In this document: positions 56,501-64,000 of the stretch, one piece after another | How positions within the stretch are numbered: position 1 is the first letter of the stretch | Layout of the letters: the number at the start of each line of letters is the position of its first letter | Origin: Amphiscolops sp. MND2022 | Lineage: Eukaryota | Assembly: GCA_964187785.1 (NCBI GenBank) | Contig: OZ076409.1 | Location: 74,836,001-74,900,000 of the forward strand | Direction: 5' to 3' | DNA: 64,000 bases | Program-made: the position numbers and the translations under genes | Notes under the pieces: model-generated | What the model saw: only the letters and a program-made list of their open reading frames with translations | What the model was told of the DNA's origin: nothing | Databases searched by the model: none

Positions 56501-59500
56501 AGGAGGTCGTTTTTCCCAAATTCTACTGTGAGAGGAGATATATGAAAAAAACGGACCCCAAAATGACGAAATTTTCACTTTTTGACCAAAAATGTGACAT
56601 TATCTCCTCAGACAAGGCTCGGAGCAAAATTTGTCAGAACCCAAACCTGCAGCAGACTGTTAGAGCAGTGCACACAGTAAGTTTGAAGCAAATCGGATAA
56701 TCACTTGTGGAGAAATTGACGTTTTTCCGACGAAATTTTTCGCAAATGCAGTCTATCTCTGCCGTTTTTTGCCCAAAATTTTTCCGAGACCCACTCCTAA
56801 AGACCTCCCCTGGCCGGTTTACCTCCCAAAAAAACCATTTGGCCCTAAATACGAAGTTTCAGCGTTCCAGCATTCCCCAGTGAAAAGTTATGGGACTTAG
56901 AACTTTTTCAAAAATTTTCAAAATTTTTCTAAAAAAGTTCAGGCCGCCCAAAGTGAAGAAACTTCCACACAACTAGTATTGCAAGTGAATGCATGTGGAA
57001 AGCCCTGCACTTGACGAGAAAAATGCCGTTTAGAACGTCTTTTTATCTTAACTTGATGTTGACTTATGATCTTTTGAGTAGCGTATAACACGTGATCACA
57101 GTAGTGAAATTCCTAATTTTCAAAAATTTTCAAACAATAACGCATGAAAAGAACCTGGAAAAGGTTCCGATGGGTCAGTTGGGATGTCTGAAGCATGTGT
57201 ACATTTCCGTAGTGTATAGCGGATGTATTTGAGACTTATTAGAAATTGTGATAAATTTTATACAAGTCTTTGTTTCTCTTAGAATCTTATGCAGTTGAGT
57301 ACATTCCATCTCCCTCTCAGGGGAGATGTGAATGTACGTTTGCCAAATGCCTTGTAAAGCTCACAATTTTGATGGATTCAAATAACTAAACAAGTGTGAT
57401 TTGCGTTTGCCGAACCACTGCGACAAAATATCCTAAATCTATAGCGAGATTGTATGGTTTTTGTCTTTAGTGTTTCGTCTTGTGTAGCCGACTTCCACAT
57501 CCAAATATCAACGCCCGCCGTCCGTAGGCATGCCGAGGCATGCCTTTCGACGACGTATGCCAAATACCCAATGCCACGCTGTCATTATCGCTAGGTGGTC
57601 AGTGCTGTTGCGTTCATTTTTTTCCGGCCGTGGGGGAGGGCCCCTCTGAGGCCGGTCATTTTTCAGGTAACAGCTTTTTTATACAAAAAAGCGGGAAAAA
57701 ACCTCAGTGCTCAAATCCCAACCGTCAGATTGAGCTGAAATTTGGCATGTAGCTAGTGCATTGCAAATGATTAGGATGGGTTATGACGCTATGTTTGGCA
57801 AAATTGGTTTTGTTGCATTTTTTTTGTCATATAGGGCCAAAAATGGCCTTTTTTGCGTATTTTTTGCTTGACTAGCTAATAACTCGCGTTGAGTTGGTAC
57901 TAGCGATACGGGTGTGGGGTATGGAATTGTAAGAATACCAAGTACCTTGCTGATCACGTTATTTGATTTCGGCCCACATCACCCCCCACGCCGGAAATGC
58001 CCAATTTGTCACTTCCGGTCGCAATTTTTGACTTTTTTGGATGGAGTCAAAACCCATTTCCGGTGTGAAGGAGTGGGTTGAGCGCTTCGACCCCGATATA
58101 CTAAAAGTAGGTTTAGACAAAGTCCTATTAGGAAAAAAGTAATGTAAGCCCGTACCTATCACCCCCTCACCGGAAATAGGGGTCACGCCTCCTTTTTCTG
58201 TGTTGCAAAAGTGACATGTGCACATTTGTCCAACTCCGAAGCCCCGGAGCACTGTGGGACCCTTATACTTTCTAAGCACCTATCCCACACGCTACCGGAA
58301 GTGACCGGAAGTTTCACCGGAAATGACATCCTTGGACCGGAAATGGTCAAAAAAGGACTTTTTCAATAAAAAATAGACACATTTGGTGCGATTTTTAGGC
58401 AAAAAGCATAGTTCGTGAAACGCTTGTTGCAGTTGGAAGGGCCATTGTTCAGCAAGAATGCGTACAGCATTACGTAGCACATCAAGTAGTTGATACTTTT
58501 TCGTCCATAATATCCTTAGGACCGGAAATGGCCATTTTTGAATCGGAAACTTCTTCAGCTTGATTTTTAACAGGTTTTTCCGCAATATTAGCGTAGGAAT
58601 TGCTCGTCGGATGCTGTAGGTCTATTTTAAAACTAGCTAACTGCTTCTTAGAAATGTATTTCAGAAGTCCCAACCAATTCCAGAATACCGGAAATAAGAG
58701 TAATTGCCTCCTTTATGACCTTTGAATAATAAATTGTTAAAATCCGCATATTATTTTTTTCCACACTTGTTGCTGAGATTATATCTAAGCAATAACATGT
58801 GCTTGTCATGAAGTGCTGTAATGTGGGAGTTACGAATATTGCTATTTAAGAGTATTACATACGTGAATATCCGCCGTAATAAAGATTTTTTAAAACAACC
58901 ACTTTTGAAGTCCTATAGATTGTCCGCACACCCGAAACAATTCAAGTTTCTAGTTTCGATTTTAAGGCTTCCGCGACTATTTAGTTGAGATGATAGTTTT
59001 CACGTTCTCTGCAAAACGTGCATTTCATTGTGTTTTTGACATTTATTGGGCTGTTTCACATTGTAATTCAAAACTAATTGATCATACAATTTGGAACAAT
59101 TGAAAATTTTCAATTGAACATTAAATGTTTTAATAGTTTCTCTTTCGTTGAAGATACTATTTTGTGGCCATTAGAACAGGTTGAATTAGTTGAATAAGTA
59201 GCCAGTGCGATACATCGTTTAATACATAGCGTTTGACATCGGTTTTTTTGCGAACAAAGACAAGCATGATTTGTTGAAAGTTTTTACCATATCGCTTCAA
59301 ATCGGGTGTGACAAACAAGGAATTTCTCGTTTTATGTGCTACTCCGAAAGCAACCTGAAAACGCAAATCGATCTATTGAATTATCGAGATGAAACTAAGC
59401 ATTTCAAGTCTGGATTTCAATTTAATTCTATCACTCCGGTCTATTTTTATGTCGCAAGAGTGATAAAGCGTGTTAGCAAGGTTAAACACATCGAACAATT

Positions 59501-62500
59501 TTAATAATAAAGCCTCCGGAAAGGGAAGAAAAAATGAGTTTTCCTGTCAAAACTATGATAACCACGTACGAAACATCAAGTTTTTGTATTGTTCAATAGT
59601 CCAAAACGTGAATGAAGTTTTTAAATATCCAAGCGTTTCTAATCAAGCATGCGTTTCAAATGTCTGACAGGGCAGCATCGTTCTCAAAAAACATTGCTTT
59701 CAATGTGGTTTGATACCAGCAAAACGAACGTAGGCACAACCAGATTCTCAAATTTCTTGCAAAACAGCCGATTTCTTTGAAAATCCTAATTGATTTCACA
59801 GGGTATATGGTGAAACCCTGTTGGATTCCAAAAATGAAAAGCTGATTTCTTGGGTTTGCGAGATAAAAGACAACGGGAATCTGAAAGCAAGTCATCTCAA
59901 TAAAATACCTGTTGCTCTTTAAACAAATGGACTTTAGTAGTCGAAATTTTTTCTCAGACACTTTCGATCAGAGAATGTTTGAGTCCTAACGTTCGAATCA
60001 GGTTGGTTTCAGGTGGCTCGAAGTGCCAGCTGAACCAACCTTTCAAATAAAGAAAAACCCCACATCTCCCTTCATGCCACGCTACCCCGTATAGCGTTTC
60101 AACTTGACAGAAGTTGGAACGTTTGATTTTGGCGTCGCTTGGGATTGACACACCAGTGTTGATACTAAATTTGGCAAAGAGAAATCGCAGAAATGATTGT
60201 TTCTTTTTTTTCCCTTTGATTTAGTCTGTCGAGCGTACAAAGCAGTTTGGGAAACTAACTTGCATTTCCACTGAACGAAAAAAAGTAGTAGCCTTGCAAA
60301 CTCCTGGAAGAAATTGAATCAGGTTTTCCTATTTGTGAGATCAGCTGTCACTCAATTATCAATTACTTTTTTAAAAATTTTTAGGAACAACTAACCTAAC
60401 TCTGCTCGACTCTCTTGAATAATGCAACAATCGTTTACTGATCTGTACTCGTGAGAAAAAAATCAACTGCAGGTCCAAAAACAATCTATATATCTTTGGT
60501 TTATTCCGTGCAAAGCTTTTTTTCACACCATGTGACTCAACTATAACATGTATGTAATGAAACCAATAACACCTTCAACTATCAACGCCCACCGTCCGTA
60601 GGCATGCCGAGGCATGCCTTTCGACGACGCGCGCCGGAAACAATCTAACGGCGCCACCCGCTTCTGGGTGGTTGGTATTTTATAACAATTAAAGTGTTTT
60701 TTTCCGGAGTTTGTGGCTTTGGAAAAAACAAAAGGCGAGAAATTGGGGACTCCAGGCTGAACCGTAAAGGCCGATTTTATACTGTAAAAAACGCCCATTC
60801 TAATTACGATCTCGAAACCCAGCCGTACGATTTTGCTGAAAATTTGCATGTGGCTCCTAATCAATGAGTAATGAAAAAGTGTAGAAGTGACTTTTCCTGG
60901 AAAATTTTTTTTGTTGCACTTTTTGCGCAATTTTTGGCCGATTGTTGCGTTTTTTATGTCACTTTCGTCTTTTCAGGCAAAAAACTCAGGGATGCTTTGA
61001 TCCTAGCGCATCAAGAGCTTCGACCAAAAAGTTGCAGCATGTTCTTTTACGTATGCTGAGAAAATTTGGTTCCCATCGTATCACCCCCCACTGAGATAGA
61101 GGGGGACTTCCGGTGAATTTTAGCACCCTAAAAACGAGGACTTCCTAAATTTCAGCATGAAGCGGTAGTTTTAGCGTGCTCATACCCTGCTGAAGTTTTG
61201 TTGGGCATATTGAGATAGTAATGATATCATGTGTTCAGTTCACCCCCATCACCCCCTGGACCGGAAATGAACTTTTTTGTGCACTATCATACCGGAAGTC
61301 TCCAATTTCACCGTTAAGCAGTCCTTGTACGAGCAACCACAAGGACATCAAAATTGAAGTACCACCTGAGGTCAATGCAGTGACTACGTGTTGTCCAGTC
61401 ATAGGTTCCGCTATGACCGGAAATGGGGTCAAAACCCCCTTTTTTGTTGTTTTTTAACAATTTGACTAGTGTTTGGTCCACATTCAAGTCGCGTAAGTCA
61501 ATTGAACCAGTGTGAGCATAAACTCTGTGTTCACTGCGTAGACGTAACTGACACTGAGAGATACCGGAAGTAACCCCCGTGACCGGAAGTTGTCATTTTT
61601 GACCGGAAATGGTCCAAAAAACAGCGTAAAATCAGTTTTCACTGCTTTTTAAAGTCAACTTATTACTTTTTAAATCAGCGCGAGCTTGTATTCAGGTTCG
61701 TTTTTGTTATTCGTTTATTTTGCAACAAATATACATCTGTAAAGTTTTCTCTATAATATCGTCGGATAGAGAAATAACGTGTTTTTGGGACTGGTTTCAA
61801 AAATATTAGACTCTATCTGTCATTTTTACCCAAAGTTATTCAACAGTACAACCACAGTGGTTAGTCTCTGCCCAAATATATGCCTAGGAAAACTATTTGG
61901 CCCATTGGCCTCAGTTTGAGCTTTCCAGCTTTGCGTGGTCATAAGCTAAGGGACTTGAATTATTTTCAAACTTTTTTTAAAAAAAATTTCTCACATTCAT
62001 GTCTCCCAAATTAAAGAAACTTCCACACAACTAGGATTGCAAGTGGATGCGTGTGGCAAGCCCTATAATTGAAGCGAAAAATGCCGCTTAGAACGTCTCT
62101 TTATCGTAACTTGACGTTAACGTATGGTGCTTTGAATGAGAGCTTGATAAGAGATCGAGAAGTCAAAGTGTGTAAATGGTACGTATGTCTCGTCGAAAAC
62201 TCATCGGAAAACATGCAATGAACCCCCAATTGTCCTCAATTGCAGTTGCCTACTGCAACAACGTCTTTCAGGGACATTTTACCCATTTTTATAAGTGTCA
62301 AAATTATATTTAAATTCAGTTAGCATGAAACACTTGAGTACATTCTCATCTCTCCCCATCGGGTGAGATGAGAATGTTCTTGCTAAAATCCAGATACTAC
62401 GGCCCAATTTTGTTTTATTGCGACGTATTCTGTGCTTTAGCACATAGATACTTTTATGTCGTCTCACTTTTTGTAAACACTCTGAGTTGTTGTTATAAAT

Positions 62501-64000
62501 TTCTCGTCATTTCTTTACATAAACTTACAACCATGAAACGTTATCATCAACGCCACATACATTTAGACGCCCACCATTCCGTAGGTATGTGGAGGCATAC
62601 CTGTCGAGTACGTATGTCAAAACGCAAACGCGATAAAATGTGCTGAAATTCTGAAACAGTGAAACATTTTTGACTATTTGACATATGGTAGGTTTTTAAA
62701 TGGAACTTACACATCACTGACATTCCACAACAAACCAGCTGACGCCCACATACCAACATCAACGCCCACCGTCCGTGGGCATGCCGAGGCATGCCCTTCG
62801 ACGACGTATGGCAATTCCCTTTATATCTACACCCAATTGCGGTAGCGGCTAGGTGGCCGCGTCTTTTAGATGGACTTTTAGCCCTGAGGCGCGGGTAGGG
62901 TCCTGCGCCGAGCTGGTGAAAATATACTACGTCCAAATCGCCCGTTCCGGAAACGATCTCGAAAACTGACCGTTAGAAATTCCTGAAAATTTGCATGTGG
63001 CCCCCAATTGGCGAGCAATGAAAAAGTGTAGGAGGTCATTTTTCCCAAATTCCACTGTGAGACGAGATATATGAAAAAAACGGACCCCAAAATGACGGAA
63101 ATTTCACTTTTTGACCATTAATGGGACATTATCTCCCCAGACAAGGCTCGGAGCAAAATTTGTCAGAACCCAAACCTGCAGCAGACTGTTAGAGCAGTAC
63201 ACACAGTAATTTTGAAAGAAATCCGATAATCACATGTTGAGAAATTGACGTTTTTCCGGCGAAATTTCTAGCAAATGCAGTCTATCTCTGCCGTTTTTTG
63301 CCCAAAATTTTTCCGAGACACTCGCCTAAAGGCCTCCCCTGGCCGGTTTACCTCCCAAAAAAACCATTTGGCCCTAAATACGAGGTTTCAGCGTTCTAGC
63401 TTTTCCCAGTAAAAAGTTATGGGACTTAGAAGTTTTTCAAAACTTTTCAAAATTTTTCTAAAAAAGTTCAGGCCGCCCAAAGTGAAGAAACTTCCACACA
63501 ACTAGTATTGCAAGTGAATGCATGTGGAAAGCCCTGCACTTGACGAGAAAAATGCCGTTTAGAACGTCTTTTTATCTCAACTTGATGTTGACTTATGATC
63601 TTTTGAGTAGCGTATAACACGTGATCACAGTAGTGAAAACCCTAATTTTCAAAAATTTTCGAACAATAACGCATGAAAAGAACCTGGAAAAGGTTCCGAT
63701 GGGTCAGTTGGGATGTCTGAAGCTTGTGTACATTCCCGTAGTGTATAGCGGATGTATTTGGGACTTATTAGAAATTGTGATATGTTTTATACAAGTCTTT
63801 GTTTCTCTTAGAATCTTATGCAGTTGAGTACATTCCATCTCCCTCTCAGGGGAGATGTGAATGTACGTTTGTCAAATGCCTTGTATATTTCACATCTTTG
63901 ATGGATTCAAATAACTAAACAAGTGTGATTTGCGTTTGCCGAACCACTGCGACAAAATACCCTAAATCTATAGCGAGATTGTATGGTTTTTGTCTTTAGT

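Larger units (their letters stand above)
33727..64000 (+). mobile_element. Right head-to-tail array of heterogeneous non-autonomous rolling-circle units
   Basis: Junctions end at 33726, 35003, 39766, 41033, 42321, 43697, 44984, 46256, 47531, 48931, 50322, 51592 (CTGG), 52869, 55054, 56323, 57594, 60667 (CTGG), 62852. Unit lengths are 1277, 4763, 1267, 1288, 1376, 1287, 1272, 1275, 1400, 1391, 1270, 1277, 2185, 1269, 1271, 3073, 2185; the last unit runs off the window. Confidence 0.85.

Noticed and set aside
1258..62852. CRISPR array (conserved palindromic repeat followed by a variable segment)
   Set aside because: Repeats are 1.3-4.8 kb apart, the variable segments are related to each other, and no cas genes are present.
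1..64000. Simple satellite DNA
   Set aside because: Units are of several families and lengths with precise shared junctions and covarying structures, and a transposase-coding member uses the same junction.

Overview
This window looks eukaryotic and is almost entirely one rolling-circle (Helitron-type) locus. A >11.4 kb coding element (22297-33726, 5' end lost in a 200-N assembly gap) encodes a >2100-aa protein with HUH Rep (Y2), PIF1-like SF1B helicase and C-terminal GIY-YIG domains, plus an SGNH-hydrolase-like ORF and a Cys-rich unknown ORF. It sits as one member of a head-to-tail array of about 31 non-coding units. I count 31 junctions, all CTRR|GT (29 CTAG, 2 CTGG; 30 continue GTG). The units are heterogeneous and mosaic, mostly ~1.27 kb, with ~1.39, ~1.97 and 2.185 kb classes and single 3.07 and 4.76 kb units. 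Most share one architecture: a 5' covarying stem-loop with a GGGWAGGGYCC core between two variable windows, a ~44-nt long hairpin 260-420 nt from the end, CAACGCC repeats spaced ~20 nt, a near-invariant GGGCATGCCGAGGCATGCCC hairpin, a short shuffled segment, then CTAG. No host genes, rRNA, tRNA or CRISPR-Cas were recognised. All alignments were done by eye.
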